A stretch of 64,000 bases of DNA from Lepidodermella squamata (GCA_047495785.1 JBLDXI010000036.1:1178001-1242000); one strand, 5' to 3'. Positions 1-14,000 are shown, counted from the first letter of the stretch. Numbers and translations: made by a program. Notes: a model not told the origin generated them from the sequence alone.

Positions 1-261
1 TAGAGTATCCCGCTCTGAATTCGACTATTTTTGGGTTTTTCCTACTTTGCCAACCACGTGAAATTTTAGAAAATATTCGGCAAATACAGAATTATAGAGT
101 AGTTTTGGGCTATCCAATTGACCTCTGGGTCATCGCTAGATTGAGAAACTGGCGATTTTGTATACAAAATTTGCCCAGGAAGCATTTTTAGATGTGTCGA
201 ATAGGAACCCAGAAGTGCCGGAGTTGGGTCGCAGCGCCCGAACATAGGACGTGGCCGAATT

Positions 262-941
262 ATGGCATCTTATAGCAAATCAGGGGTTGAACAGAATTAC
301 TGCGCGAAGTGCGAGCGCGAATTCGGCGATGGCCGCGGCATAGCTCAACACAAATGTACCAAGACAGCGTTTACGGACGTTGTTCACACGAACAACGGCG
401 TGGAGGGCAATGACAGCCGCTACAACCGTGCCGCGCGTTGTTGTCACCTTGCCTTTTGGCGGTTTTGTCACCTTATCATCACCACCGAAGACCATATAGA
501 TAGCGATTTGCTACTGCAAGAGGCCGGTCAGCAGATCAAGAAGCATACGGCGAGATACCGCCGAATCGACGCCGCTATCAAGAAAATTACGGCAAAATAC
601 TCGAAGAAGCGCGCGGCTCTTATTAACGATGATGATGGCTGTTAAAAAATTAGCATTGAATACGCTTATTCGTTTTGAGTACTATTTTCATGACATGAAT
701 CGCCTAGTATAATCGCCATAATAAGGTTAATGAATAGCGCAATAAAATGACACGATGCAAGCTTCCCCAATAATAAGCAATTTTGTTACTAATGGTTCTG
801 GGTAAACTTGAATAAAATCTGCAGAGTGGGAAGCGGATTAGAAGGAAATGCGTGCGTAACTGCTCAATTGCATTTTGGAGTGAGTTTTACACATTGGTAA
901 ACTTGCATTGGGAAACTTGCATTGGGAAAGTTGAAGACACC
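262..941 (+). mobile_element. Decayed Mutator/MULE-type DNA transposon, 3' part (transposase C-terminal remnant and terminal repeats)
   Basis: ORF 262-645 contains HTNNGVEG..RYNR....HLAFWRF...YRRIDAAIKKITAKY, resembling the TNNxxEGxHxxxN/HPxxWxF motif of MULE transposase C-termini. A 14-nt tandem repeat (ATTGGGAAACTTGC-like x3, ~890-930) ending in GACACC looks like a terminus. Confidence 0.55.
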
Positions 942-3229
942 GTTTTTGATCATTCAAACTTCATGTCATAGCTCATTCCATGGATAATTTCTGCTGCAAG
1001 TCGCCGCAGCTGACCAGGTCATTTGATGAGGCCCGTGACCTAATAATGCCGCCGTCGAAGGTGTAATAATCCGCGATCCGCGCGCTCGTTTTATTACTGC
1101 TCTTTTATCACTAATCAGGTCATGATTGAGAGTGTGCGTGTTTATAGAAAGAACCGATTTTCCTCTGTGGACCTCCTGCTATCAAATTTTAGCACCCGGA
1201 GATTTCCATTGAAATAATCAAATTTTATAATTTTTTGGAGTTTTTATTTGTTTGTTATTCCGGGCCACCAGACTAGAATTTAATTACTATTGGCAAACGT
1301 TTTTATTCCTTACCCTCACCTGTGGCTGCTCCAATTTTCGGCGTTATGTGTCTTTCATCGGTCACTGTTTGCCTGGCTCCTATTACATGGTACGTTTCAA
1401 CTTCTATTTCTGCAGGCTTGAGATGGCGGGATGAATCAAATTAAATCATTACCCATTTTGTTGAGTGACAAAATTTCCGAGCATTGCTTTTTTCCCGAAA
1501 ATATTGAGGCATTTTCGCCCCCATGGGAATTTTTAATGATAGCATCGAAATCTAATCGTTGTCGAATTCGTTTATTCTTCTGCAATTACCGGTGCACCCG
1601 AAGGAGCCCGTTTACTCACTTATTTCGCGATAGCTATAAATAAGGTATCAGGTACTTTGCATTATTGAAAAAGGTTTCACCGGTTCTTCGATTTTTTTTA
1701 CCAATTTTTCCAATTTCCCACCTATGTTCGTAATTCTATCATTTTGAGGAGTATTCAACCTATTGAATAGCCATTATGATATCAGGAAATTAGCGAGAGC
1801 GTTGTGTCATTTATGCGCCGATGATCACCTGCATTTTATTATTTTATTTCAATTTTCTTGTATTTTTTTTCTCGCATTCTCGCAATTTTTTGTTCTCGGA
1901 CCGCTTTGCTTATTTTTAGCGAGATCATTTTGTGATCATTGTGTCTCGGGGGTGGCGCAAGATCAGATTGTTCTCTATCTAGTTTCATGAAACCCCTGTT
2001 ATTCAACAGAGGGAAGCGTTCCATATAAAAGCGATTTTATTCCATTCTCCATTATTTTCTATCAATTTCTCGAAAATATCGGGCAGCTTTTAATATGTAT
2101 CAATGTCTCTACGCTCACCTCTTCGCTGCGACTGGTAGCTAATGCGGGTAACTTTTACCCATTCAGATAACCCACCTTAATTAATTATTTGTAGCTGCCG
2201 TAAATGCTTCTGCTCTAACCAGTCGCTCATCAACTTCACCTCGCCGCGACGTCGGATTGCTCGGATTGCATTCTTGGATAATTTCAGCAAAATCATACTC
2301 AATTTAATTTTGGAATATTTTTGATATCAGTTCAGGCATCTCGCTTATGTTCGAAATGAAATATTTGTGTGGCATAGTCAATAAAATTGCCCCATCGTTG
2401 GGCTTTCAAAGGCTTATGACAATTATTACTTCGAACAATATGGATGATACTTCCATTCTCGGAGTGGGTAAATTTAGTTTTCATGATTAGCCTGATAGCA
2501 ACCGAATTCGGAGAGACAGTAAGTTACTAATTTAGAACGCAAACTTTCATCATAACACGATCTAGTATTTCAAGGTTCACCCATGAAAATTCCTGGAGTT
2601 TTGGAGCAAAGAAACTCGGAGTGCAAAAATCTTAGAGCAGATGAAATTTGAGCTACGGTTTAAAGAATTCAAATGAAATATCGCCTCTTCTTGCAGTTTC
2701 GCCTTGCAGTTTCAGCATCAGTGCAGCTGTTTTTGACCAAAATAGTAGGGAAATTTCAGTTGTTCCCGTCATGCTCAATCTAAGAAAATTATAATCAAAA
2801 ATCCAGGTTAAGCCTAGGAATATTTGCGAATTATTGCTTCTGAGCTTTCCCGATCGGTTATCATCGTTTTAATCCTAAATTCACAAATAACTTGTAATAA
2901 ATAATACAGGCTTTTTAGTGGACATTGATTTCGGTTTGAAAGACGCAAGATATTGAAGGTTTGAAAGATGGCGTAATGAAAAATTTGAATCGTGATTTTA
3001 ACTTATAACGAAATTAGACCGATTGATTAACTTCACTGGTTCAATGGCTTGAATGAAACAGGATGCAATGAGCTCTCCGATTCTAATCCGAGTTTGCTGA
3101 AAAATAATGAGTATCTCATAATATCTTGTATATTCGGTTCCGTGGTCAGAATTTTCAGCATTGAACTTTGTCAGTAAAAAATTCAAAAATGAACTATTAG
3201 CATCAATTTGAATAATCCTTGAAGACAAG

Positions 3230-3992
3230 TGGGCAGTTAAATTTCAGCAGCGACATCAGTGACAAATGAGCAGATGACACTTCCTCAATTTTTATTTATT
3301 AATCTCGGGCATTGAACTTGCACTTTTTGAGCTCAACTGCAATGTAGCACGTAGCCCTCCTGCAGAATAGGGCTAAAATCTCTTGATAGAATGTCTCCGC
3401 TAAAATGTAACTGCGCAAATTTCAGCGAAATAAATAAATAAATTTGTAAAAATGAATGAAAAATTGAAAAAAAATGGGTCTTCCTGTTACCGGAACCAAA
3501 TTTGCTGTATCGGAACCAAATATGCTGTTAGCGGAACCAAATTTTAGAATTTTCTAGTGGCCTGAAATCGCTTTTCGGATATTTATTGCATGTCAAAATT
3601 GGTCCCAATAATTCTAGAAAATTCACCAGTGAATTCAGCGCAACATTCTCTATAAGACGCAGTGTTCAATTCAGAATTCATGCTTAGCCTAAAATTCTTA
3701 GAAATATTCAAAAAATGACTCTTGGCATATTTCGAGTTTGGTTCCGCAAAAAGCAAATTTGGTTCCGCTACAGCATATTTGGTTCCGATACAGCAAATTT
3801 GGTTCCGCTCACTGTAAATTTGGTTCCGCTAAAAGATATTCCCAAAAAAAATCACTGCTGACTTATCACTGATGATTTGTCACTGCGCAAATGTCGCAGC
3901 TGAAATGTCACTGCTCATTTGTCACTGATGAAAAGTCACTGATGTTTTCACCCTCACTTGCTGAAATGTCACTGCTGAAAAGCTGTACAACC
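3230..3992. mobile_element. Degenerate foldback/MITE with short TCACTG-containing subterminal repeats; hosts the 3478-3842 element
   Basis: CATCAGTGACAAATGAGCAG (~3254-3273) is the reverse complement of CTGCTCATTTGTCACTGATG (~3911-3930). Tandem TCACTG units occupy 3850-3980. Confidence 0.5.
3478..3842. mobile_element. MITE with inverted arrays of a ~20-nt GCGGAACCAAATTTGCTGTA repeat, copy 1
   Basis: Three direct units on the left and five inverted units on the right; internal sequence near-identical to the copy at 7593-8190. Confidence 0.8.
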
Positions 3993-5788
3993 GTTCGGTT
4001 CGGTATTTTTATTTTTCCGTTCTAGTTTTCGAATTCTAATTTAGAATCCTGGCAGAAAATATTGAAAGAAATTAACGATTGTGTTTTTCGGGATTTGAAA
4101 TTCATTGAATCGAAAAATCGAAAGCCCCTGAAAATGCGTAGGATTCTGGAAAAAATTACGAAAATCCCCGATCGGGTATTTTCGGGATTTACCCGGTAAA
4201 TTTACCCGGTTAATATACTCGGTTAGCAGGTAAAACTCGTTGAAATAAGTTTACTCGAATGGTAAATATCTGGATTTTCGATCGCTCCGAGATATTCTAA
4301 ATTTTCTAATTTAATTTTAGAATTGTGCCAGTCGGTTCGTGAAGTTGCGAATGTCCTACTCGCCAATATCGCGACGCTGCTCAGGTACGTATTCTCGAAC
4401 ATGTTCATCGAATGAGACGGCGTCATCGACCTGGACGTGCTACTCGAGGCGTGTTCGATCTGCCTCACCGCTTGGGAACAGGCGGCCGGCTACACGTACG
4501 ACATGATCGGCTTCAACCTCGTCGTCGTCACCCGCCGCGGCATTAAGACCTATGTCGTGCTCGTTGAGGAGCAGATTCCGGTTAAGAAGGGTGATGTTTT
4601 CGGTTATAACTACGACTCGTGGGACACGTTCCAGTCGCGGGCGGTCATCCCGCACGCCGACAGGTTCAAGCCGTAGACGTATCCGGGCGATTTCTACGGC
4701 GGCTTTTCGTTTGGCACAGGGCAAACGCGTGGATTTTAACGGCTTCAAGCAGGGCAGTGGCGAGTTCCGGCACTGGCTGTCTATGTCAAATGTGAGTCAA
4801 GCATTTATTCGAAATTTTTGAAATTTTTAGAATACTATGCAAAATTCTTACGTTGACACTGCATCAAATAGAAAATGTGAAGTGATATGAACATTTTTCG
4901 AAATATGAAGCAACTGGGTTCAACTATAAGCACTATTAATATAAAATTAGGAAATATATAATATCTATTAATCAAAATATAAATTTAAATTTAGAATGTA
5001 TTATTATCGAAATTTCAGTATGAAATTTTTCAAATTTACGTTTTCATATTAACACTGGTTTTTCGTCTTGCTGAATCTACTGAGAACAGTCACGTGATTA
5101 ATCTTCAATTTTTTTGAAAAAATATATTAAAAAGAACGCGAGAAAAACTGTAGAGTGTAGGAAATGTCCCAGTAACATTCCATATTTTACCAGGTAATCA
5201 TTTCTCAGGTTATTTTTTTTAATTCTTCTTCATCAATTTTACTCATGCACTAGATTGAAATCACGGGAACTAAAGTGGAGTTGAATTTTGGAAATTTAAA
5301 ATTCACCAATTTTCTCCAGATTTTGTGGAGCTGAAAAAACCGATCGACATTTTTTAGGAAAATTTCCAGGTTTTGGAGAAGAAAATGCCCTTGTTTGAAA
5401 ACTGAACTGGTTTTGATTTGAATAATGGAATTTGCGATTGACTTTTCCGTCAGAAAATGTCTTATTTAATCCGAGAACCTAGCATATGACTGAACACAGT
5501 TCGCACTCGAAACCAAGTTTCACTGAATTTTGGTTCCTATTTGTTCCTATTTTAGAACAGTATTTTAGAATATAACAGTATTGGTTCCTATTTTATGCCG
5601 AATAACGTCATTTTTAAGTCTAGAATCTGCCAGCTAGAGGCTTCCCCTGACAATGCTTGAGCCTGGAATCGATTAGAACCACGGATCGATTCCTGGGCTT
5701 AGCGATTGAGCAGAGATGAGTTTGAACATAGACCAATTTGATATCTATTATTCCAAGCCACATATCAGGTTTCCGGATGAAATGAGAC

Positions 5789-6013
5789 CAGGGTGCGAAG
5801 TACAGGGCCAGTCATTTCATCCGTCGCGACACCCCAGCTCGGTCGGGCAGTAGAAAATTTTATGATTTCACAGGAATTTAGAAAAATAGTTATCTTCCAT
5901 CATTTTGGTTTGGAACTTCGGTAATTAGAGAAATATGAAGCCAATGGAGGAGTTTTGAAGCAATTTCCAGCTAATCCTAACACACCAGCTTAAAAATCCT
6001 ACTTCGCACACTG
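5789..6013. mobile_element. 225-bp hAT-type MITE
   Basis: TIRs CAGGGTGCGAAGTA / TACTTCGCACACTG; perfect 8-bp TSD AATGAGAC (5781-5788, 6014-6021). Confidence 0.85.
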
Positions 6014-6894
6014 AATGAGACATGCGTCTGAAAATTTTTGTTTGCATTTTCTGCTTCGAAGAAAATTTATAAAATATTTGAAATTATTAAAATGAAATTA
6101 AATATTTGAAATTAAAAAAAAATCGAAATTGAAATATTTTTATATTTTATTTGAATAATTTTTCCATTTTATTTTAGCGCCGTTTATGGATTGCGGCCCT
6201 GTGCCCGAAATCGACTGGCCGCGAACCCGGCGGACGGACACCAGTTTGACGGTGCGCGTCAGCTACGAGTCCGGCTTCACGCTCGAAGGCTCGTCGACGA
6301 TCATCTGCCAGGAGGCAAGTGGACAAGTGGACGCAGCCGCCCAAGTGCAAGGCGAGCAACGGCTGCGTGTGGGGCCGCGTCGTGTCCGACAAGCCGCTGG
6401 TGGAGCCGCGCGACAACGAGCTCAACTTGTACCCGAACAACCCCATCATGTACCAGGGCCTCGTCAAGAAGTGCACCATCTACTCGCGCCACTCGAGCCA
6501 GAATGTCGTCTACATGGACGTGTGGCGCCGCGAGCGCCAGACCTTCTACAAGCTTGTCAGCACCAACGTATTGACAGTCAGCAAAGTCGGCCTCAAAACA
6601 TTCAGTGTGCCCGATAAGGACCAGATTTTTGTTAAGGTGAGTAATTTTTCTTGAATTTGAATTTCCAAAATGTGTGAATTTTTTTGAAAATTATGCAATT
6701 TCAAATTTTTCAACTGAAAAATTGAAGAAAATTAAAAAACCGTTTCGAAATTTGCTGTGTGATAAATTGTAATTTTCTTAACTTTCATTTTTCAAATTAT
6801 TGCATTTTTTTGAAATTAGTTGAAATCGTCAAATCACTGCAATTTTTTCGAGACTGAAATTTTTCAATCGTTATTAATTTATGTTTTCGATTTT

Positions 6895-6924
6895 TCTAGG
6901 TCTAGGTCTAGGTCTAGGTCTAGG
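6895..6924 (+). repeat. (TCTAGG)5 microsatellite at a splice acceptor
   Basis: Directly visible at the end of the pyrimidine tract preceding the GDIVGF exon. Confidence 0.9.
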
Positions 6925-7592
6925 AGATATTGTGGGCTTCCGCTTCGACCGCAACGTCTCTCGTTATTCCATTCACCGAGGGAAAGGGTGGCTTGTACGA
7001 CAAGAACGACCTGCACGATACCATTGTGGCGGCCATGTACCACACGGATCTCATCTGCGGCTATTCGTACACGTTCGAGCGATCGAATTTCTTGCCAAAG
7101 AACCGCATTCCTTCAGTCCGTGTCCACGTCCTAAATGGTACGTTTTTATTTTTATGCACTCATTCGATCGGTAAAACGATCAAAGTTTGAAATGAATCGA
7201 TTATCGATCTTCCAGTTTAGAGAAAATAAAAAGAATCAATATTTTGTGAATATTGATTATCGACCTGGAAATAAATCACATTTTGAGAAAAATTCCCAAG
7301 CTGGGAAAAACAATCCGGAATATAGGGAAGTTTGCTGCAATTCACGGAACGCGTTCCGGAAAGATAATATTCTCGCTCAGCCGAGTCGGATATAGGCTTA
7401 TGAATGTGATTAATTTACTGCAAAATTTAACAAATTCAACCTCGTTTTTTCGCTTTTTAAATCCTTCATTTACGACTGGTAGAAAGTGGCCCGGTAGAAA
7501 ATAATAATCCGAATAACTATTAGGTCCTATAGCAGCCCGGGCTACAAATATTTCAATCTCGATATTATGAAAAGTTCAAAAACTATTTTTTA

Positions 7593-8190
7593 GGTCCTCC
7601 TGTTAGCGGAACCAAATTTACGGTGAGCGGAACCAAATATGCTGTAGCGGAACCAAATTTGCTGTTAGCGAAACCAAATTTTAGACTTATCTAGTGGCCT
7701 GAAATCGCTTTTCGAATATTTATTGCAGGTCAAGATTGGCCACAATAATTCTAGAAAATTCACCAGTGAATTCAACACAACATTCTCTATAATACGGAGT
7801 GTTGAATTCAGAATTCATGCTTAGTCTAAAATTCGTAGAAATATTCAAAAAATGACTAAATTCTAAATTCAAATTTATTTGTCCATCAGTCACAAAATTG
7901 GCATATTTCGTCTCTTGACTCTTGGCATATTTCGAATTGAGAGAAACCCAAAACGTCGCGCAAATTGATTCGAAATGTCGCGCAACATAATTTCAAGTGT
8001 CCCGCAAGTGCGTATTTCATGCCGCGCTCTGTTTAATCTGCGCACACCTTAATTTTTTGCGCGATGTTCGAATTAATTTGCGCGACGCCTGTCTAAGACC
8101 CGCAATTTGGTTCCGCTACAACATATTTGGTTTCGCTACAGCCAATTAGGTTCCGCTCACCGCAAATTTGGTTCCGCTAAAAGATATTCC
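7593..8190. mobile_element. GCGGAACCAAAT-repeat MITE, copy 2, with an extra ~165-bp internal segment (~7938-8103)
   Basis: Same inverted 20-nt arrays, core sequence and right end (CCGCTAAAAGATATTCC) as 3478-3842. Confidence 0.8.
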
Positions 8191-8771
8191 GCTATTTTTT
8201 TTTGAATCGTTTATTTTTTATGTTTTCGAACCGACCTGACCCCCAACCCGGGGCTACTATTTGGGATGGCGATTATTAGTGAATGGGCTAATATTGGAAC
8301 AAATAATACGGTAAATGTTTTCCAACTGAGTGAAAAAATTCCTAAAACTACCGAGCAAGTTAACACACGCTTTTTCCCGGCTTTCCCTGGTAAAATTTGT
8401 CATTTCTTCGGTGAAATTGCGGATCAATGACTTCGCTGGGGGCTAATGAGAGGTCGAATAATTTAGATAAATATTCGAATGCCCTGTGAAACTTTGAAAA
8501 TTTAAAAAGCTACCAACTCCGCTTTGAAAAGGCCGTGAATAGCTGCATACCTTAATTAGATCTCGGATAAAATCGAACTATTTGTTTCCGCTCGCTGTTA
8601 ATTTTTTTTAAAAAATAGGACATGAGTTCAGAGGCCATCCAAGGTAGTTTTTATACAATTTGCAGACCTAATGTTAGCCTTGGAGCATCGATACTCTGTC
8701 TAGAATCACTTTATATTAAGGACTTTCTGTAAGGATTTTTCTAATTTATTGTTTTTCATCGTTCTTTTTAG

Positions 8772-11010
8772 ATGGCGGGTCGCTATCTAACTCCGCTATC
8801 CATCTCAACATCGTCGCCATCTAGAGTAGGCACAACTCGGCGAAGACTGAGTGAGATAACTCCTCCTGCCCCATCAGCTGCTGCAGTGTGGCCTGGCAAC
8901 GCAGAAGCAGAAGCTGGCCCCTATGTCCGCTCAGTCGGATTTCAAATCGAATGGCGACCCGATCAAGGTTCTGGCTGTGATATCAGACGTAAATTTTCGT
9001 CGGCATCGATCAATGACCCATCGGTAATTATTTCTTCTGTTTTTTTCAGGCTTCTTGGAATTTGAAAATTTGAATTTTGAATTTCCGGGAATGGTAAATT
9101 TGTAAAAAATCGGTTTTTGATTTTGTCATCGCTCGGTCGTTTTTGGGACACGTTACGAGATAGGTAATCACAACTAATTAGCCGAATAACTGGAATGTTT
9201 CGATAATTTTTCCTATAGAATTTTAAAATCATAGGCTTGGCGTTGAACCCCTTTTCTCGTGAGTAGACAGTCTATACTAATATTATGTCGTATGTTAAGA
9301 ATTGATGAACGTCGAAAAAATAATCTCGCCGCAATTAAATAATTCAGACCCATGAATATTTTTTTCCGGGTAGATTGGTTTGATCGGTTGACTTTCATTG
9401 GCACAAGTTACCTAAAAATTGATATTCCCATTCAAGTGATGAATTATGATCGACGAAAATTGAATGAAAGACCGATCATAATTTTTCGGCTAACATGAGA
9501 GGTCTCAAATTTTACAATGTCCACAACGTTGAACGAAATTCCGGCTTCTTTGCGAGATATTTATGAAAATTTTCGTATGGGCCTCCACCTTCTCATTACA
9601 TCGCGGAAAAGCCAAGTCATTAAAGCTATTTTCTTATTTTCAGATGATTTTTCAAATTGTCGAGTCGATTGGAAAGTGGGACATTCTCGCGCTCAGCACC
9701 ATGACCAGCGAGCGTAGCCATCGTAGTATGCGTCAACACGGCGAGCGTGACAAAGCGACACCAGCGTCGACCACAACCGGCACCACCACCAGCCTTAGCA
9801 ACTCGAGGCGTGTTAGGCGGGTAACAAGGATTGCTAATCGAATAACAGGTTGACGAGTGAACTGGCTCCCATATCAAGCGTCAAGATACAGTCAGCATGT
9901 CCCAGCCATCGGTAATAATTTTCTTATTCCTTTTTCATCTGATTGACAAAAATATCAGCCGATTCCCTTTTTTGATTGATGCATCGAAAAAAAAATATAC
10001 CTGATTTTTATTTGACCGGTAGCAAGTGAAAAATGGGGTTTGGGGTATTTTCTATATTTTCCAACAAATGGCGAAAGGTGTGTTGACTTGAATAAGGACG
10101 ATTCTAGGATTCCAAGGTGTTTCTTAAAATGCAATGCCGTGCTATAAACAGGAATAGATGCCTTGAATCGAGGTTCAATTCTTTGACGAATGTCGCCCTC
10201 CGATTTCTTGACTCATTCAAAGCAATTTCCTTCGCGTTCCAAAATCGGTATTATGATTGGAAGATCAGTGCCTGCCAAATTTCATCAGATAATTTGCACC
10301 CTCTTTTCCGCATTAAAAAATGGGGTTACGTCGTCTGATTTCGTATTTCTCATTACAATTTCAAATTTTTTTTACAAAAATATATGTCCAGCTTTGAAAA
10401 GTGTGAAGAGATACATTTTTACCGTAACTGCGCATTATTACCACCTATTTCCTATTTTATATCCCTGGCTTTCTATCCTTCTATGACCGACCAAAATTCA
10501 GTGAAAGGCCATTGATTTTTCTAGGCAAGTTGAAGCTTTTTTATTCACCATGTCTACAAAATTCGGACAAAATTCGGGAAAAATATGGATCCCTTCGTAT
10601 GCATCTCGAACTTCGGACTTCTCGACAAAAATTGCATCATGAAAAAACCCACGTCATCAAAGCTATTTTCTCTTATTTTCAGATGCCGCATTTCAATTTT
10701 TCGAGTCGATTGGAAAGTGTTACATTCTCGCGCTCAACACATTGACCAGCGAGCGTGGCCTCCACAGAATGCGCCAGCACGACTACGGCGAGCGTGACAG
10801 AACACCGGCCCAAGCAACCCATGAAAGAGGATCGCGTGTTATTCGGGATGCAGGAATGTCAATTGAATGATTGGTTGATGAGGGCGCTGGCTCTATCATC
10901 CGTCGAGATCTAGTCAACATGCCTCATCGATGAATTGGTAAGAATTTGCTTATTTTTACCTGATGGGCAAAATTATCAGCCGATTAATTAAATATCATTT
11001 GTCATCGAAA
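8772..11010 (+). repeat. Three degenerate paralogous exon-like units spaced ~0.9-1.0 kb apart
   Basis: Units at 8772-9023, 9644-9911 and 10683-10937 each start ag|ATG and end G|GTAA. 9575-9990 and 10590-11010 align clearly (CGAGTCGATTGGAAAGTG, CATTCTCGCGCTCA, GACCAGCGAGCGT). Confidence 0.55.
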
Positions 11011-14000
11011 AAATGTGCGGGATCTTTGTGTTACCATTTGCCAAACATTTGCATCGAAAACACTCATAATTTGTCTAATTTCAGCAGCATGCATGCCCTA
11101 AATTTCAGAATTTATTCGTTGATAGCTTTAATGAAAATTCTGCAAAATTCGGTATTTTATTTTTAAAATTCCAGGGTTACTGAAACATTTCTCGGACTTT
11201 TCTCCGATATATTCCCGAAATTTTCATATAGATTGCCGAAGGCCGCCCCGCCATTTTTGGCAGGAACAATCTGATGAATCCAGATTAACTTCACTTAAGT
11301 TGAATATACCGATAATTCCCGATTAATTCCGATCGAGCTTTAGTCGTGGTTTCCTCGCAGTGAACTTATTTGTTTCCCGGTAAATCGGTGAGAATAGGTA
11401 CTGAAGTCTATTATTATGCGCCAAAATGAGGAAAATGCATTATTCTGAATTTATAAATTGAGAAAAACCGCGGGTAGAGGCACGGCCTGCCGCTGTCTTA
11501 GATAGGAATTTTCACATTTTTCCGCCGGCCCAAAAATTGTATCTAACCGGTATCAAAAATTCGTGGACGAAGGTATCCCATTTCGCTGGCTTCGTTACCC
11601 ATTTTTCAAATGTACCGCCCTCTCCAAATTGAATATATCCGGTCTAAATCAGGTGAATAGAAAAATCGTTTTTCGATCCCCTTGGTAGTAATTTTTCACA
11701 TTTTTCCGCCCGCGCAGAAAGTCAATAAAAACGTCAAATAATCGGGAAGAATTTACGGATGCCTCGTCACATTTTTTGCTGTCAATTTTACCCAAGTAAT
11801 ATTTTTTCCAATGCTAAATGCTAACTTTCTTGAATGCTGAACGCTTTTGAAAAACGCTCGAAAAACGCTATGAAATCGCATTGAATACATCGTATCTCAA
11901 CCATTACTAATTAGGTCCAAACATTTCCACAACTAAAAATGAAGATCCAGCACTAAATTTCAGCATCCTGGCACTAAATTTTTCTGATTCTTTCCGATTT
12001 TGGCGTTTTCGGTTTTCGATCGATACTGATGTCTTCCCTGATCCTTGGATTTTTGTATTGTAGCTACACGGTGCCCTAAGCTACGTAGAAAAATGATCGA
12101 TGTTAGGTTCCAAGACAGCTGATATCGGGAAAATTACTGATTTCTAAAATCGATACTTGGAATCGTTAAATTTACTAATTTCGAAAACTTTAATTGCGAA
12201 GGAATTGCTGTTACGCTTGAGTTTTATTCACTTGAAACGATTCGCATGGAAAAAATAAATTCTTCCATTTTTTGATTTGCATATTGCGAATAAATTTCGA
12301 ATAATTCTGACAAATTTAAGGGAATGAAAATGTATGGGAATTTCATTTGGAAAAAAATATCTTCTTCAGTTAATCCTCTCAAATCTCAAATTCAAAGATG
12401 TCCCTCTTGTTTAGTAACCCAAAATCGACTTTTTCGTATTCTGATATTTTGCCAATCAAAATTTTAATTTATTTCTCATTTTTTCATCGAATTTACAATT
12501 TGATGTGTTTCAGCCTTGTCGAAATCTATTTGCGAGTCGATTGTGAGTCGATAAGCCGCAAATTTCGAGGTAACTCAACAAATTCAACGCAGCCTGCGCT
12601 TCGCTTCGGAACTCTCTCGCCGAATGAAAACAGCCGTTCAATATAAAACTTCAGCTTCCTCTGGTGTTTTTCCAACTGCCGATACCTATTGCAGTGATGG
12701 CCGGTCTTATCTTTGCATTTGAAGCTTGCTATTGTTCCGTGTTTGCGACCTTGGATACCTGCTTTGATATAAGATTAGATCTATAATTTTTACAATTGAT
12801 ATGAATAACTTGGGTCAACAATTTTCTGCCTGAAAATCATAAAATTGGAGTGATTTCATCTATACGGTATTGCTTCACCCGCCGCCATGCCCTACCTGTT
12901 TTGCGCGATTGTTCTTCCTTTAGGACTGCGTCTCGTTGATTCTTCTTCCGCGAAATTTGTGAAAGGGCATGCTTAACTTATTTCTTGGTACTCGAAACTA
13001 CAGATTCCTCTGTGCAATGATGACATTTCGTGTTTTTTATTGGCTGCATCATTCGATTCATCTACCTGTTCTGAAATTCACTAGAGTTCATTAGCAAGGT
13101 TTTATTTGGAGTTGATAACAGTCATGAGGTGTCTGTCTGAAATTCGTTCAAAAAACATCGCCTCGTCTCCTCGTTTCTCAGTTGCTGGCTGCTGGTCTGA
13201 TTTCACTTGATATCTAACACTACTTAAGCTTCGTAATTCCTCGTTCCATCTTGATCAAATTTGGTCTATAATTTTGTGCAGCCAGCTGTCTTGAAGATTG
13301 TTTTTCACAGTATTGAGTCGTGCGATTTATCCATTAGCCATCACTGTTTCCTCTTTTTTTAATACGAAGTACAAAAAGCTTGGTGGGCAGATCATTTTTT
13401 ATTTATGTCACCTACGACTCCTTAGTTCCTGAGTTGAACGATACCTTGCTATGAGATCTTTCGCATAATCGATTAAATTCGCATTATAGATTTTCGATTC
13501 CTTGTTTGCATAGCCAATAAATGGATGTGAACAAAACAGAACTCGTAATCATTTCTTTTTCACCATCTTCAATGATGCAATGCAACTACGGATGATAATG
13601 GAAAGGATAATTTGTTTACTCTTGAGTAACAATACCGCATGTTTCACAGATACTTGTAAGATTGAGGAAGGCATATTGAGGCGTGCTGAACTTGGCTGGC
13701 TGTTTATACAATCTGAGGATGCTCAGGAGTAGGATCGTACACCTACAACACGGATATATCGGCCGATAACAAACAGGAAACGTACAAGTCCAGCTTAACC
13801 CACCTCACGTTAGCCACTTGACGCCTCAGCACCAGCAAACGCGAGGCGACGCGAGACTACTTCAGCCGATAAACAATTCCAGTCGCCATAGAAACGCGAA
13901 ATTTAATTATTTTCTTTATGAAATTAATAATAACTTTCATTAATTAATTGATTTACAACAAATAAATTAGAAACAATTGATTTTGCCGCAGAATCCCGTT

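Larger units (their letters stand above)
4321..7190 (+). pseudogene. Decayed multi-exon extracellular-protein gene: beta-rich repeat domain, Sushi/CCP, second beta-rich repeat domain
   Basis: GC-rich exon-like blocks at 4321-4791, 6178-6637 and ~6900-7137 with AG/GT borders. Sushi motif CGPVPEI..SGFTLEGSSTIIC..KWTQPPKC. Two copies of a W...Y.(L/M)(V/I)..N......G.KT..V....QI.V..GD..G domain. Lesions: in-frame TGA 4413-4415, TAG 4674-4676, frameshift at a CAAGTGGA duplication (~6317-6332), Sushi Cys->Tyr. Confidence 0.7.

Noticed and set aside
1252-1390. Possible signal-peptide exon for the Sushi pseudogene (WQTFLFLTLTCGC...M|gtacgt)
   Set aside because: No in-frame ATG and no demonstrable link to the downstream exons.
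3489-3830. Regular ~20-nt repeats resembling a CRISPR array
   Set aside because: No unique spacers, repeats are arranged as inverted arrays, no cas genes and a eukaryotic context; it is a MITE.
12640-13900. Possible decayed LTR gag on the minus strand (FKCKDKTGHHC; TGGCGAC PBS-like)
   Set aside because: No ORF, no LTR pair, motif too degenerate to support.
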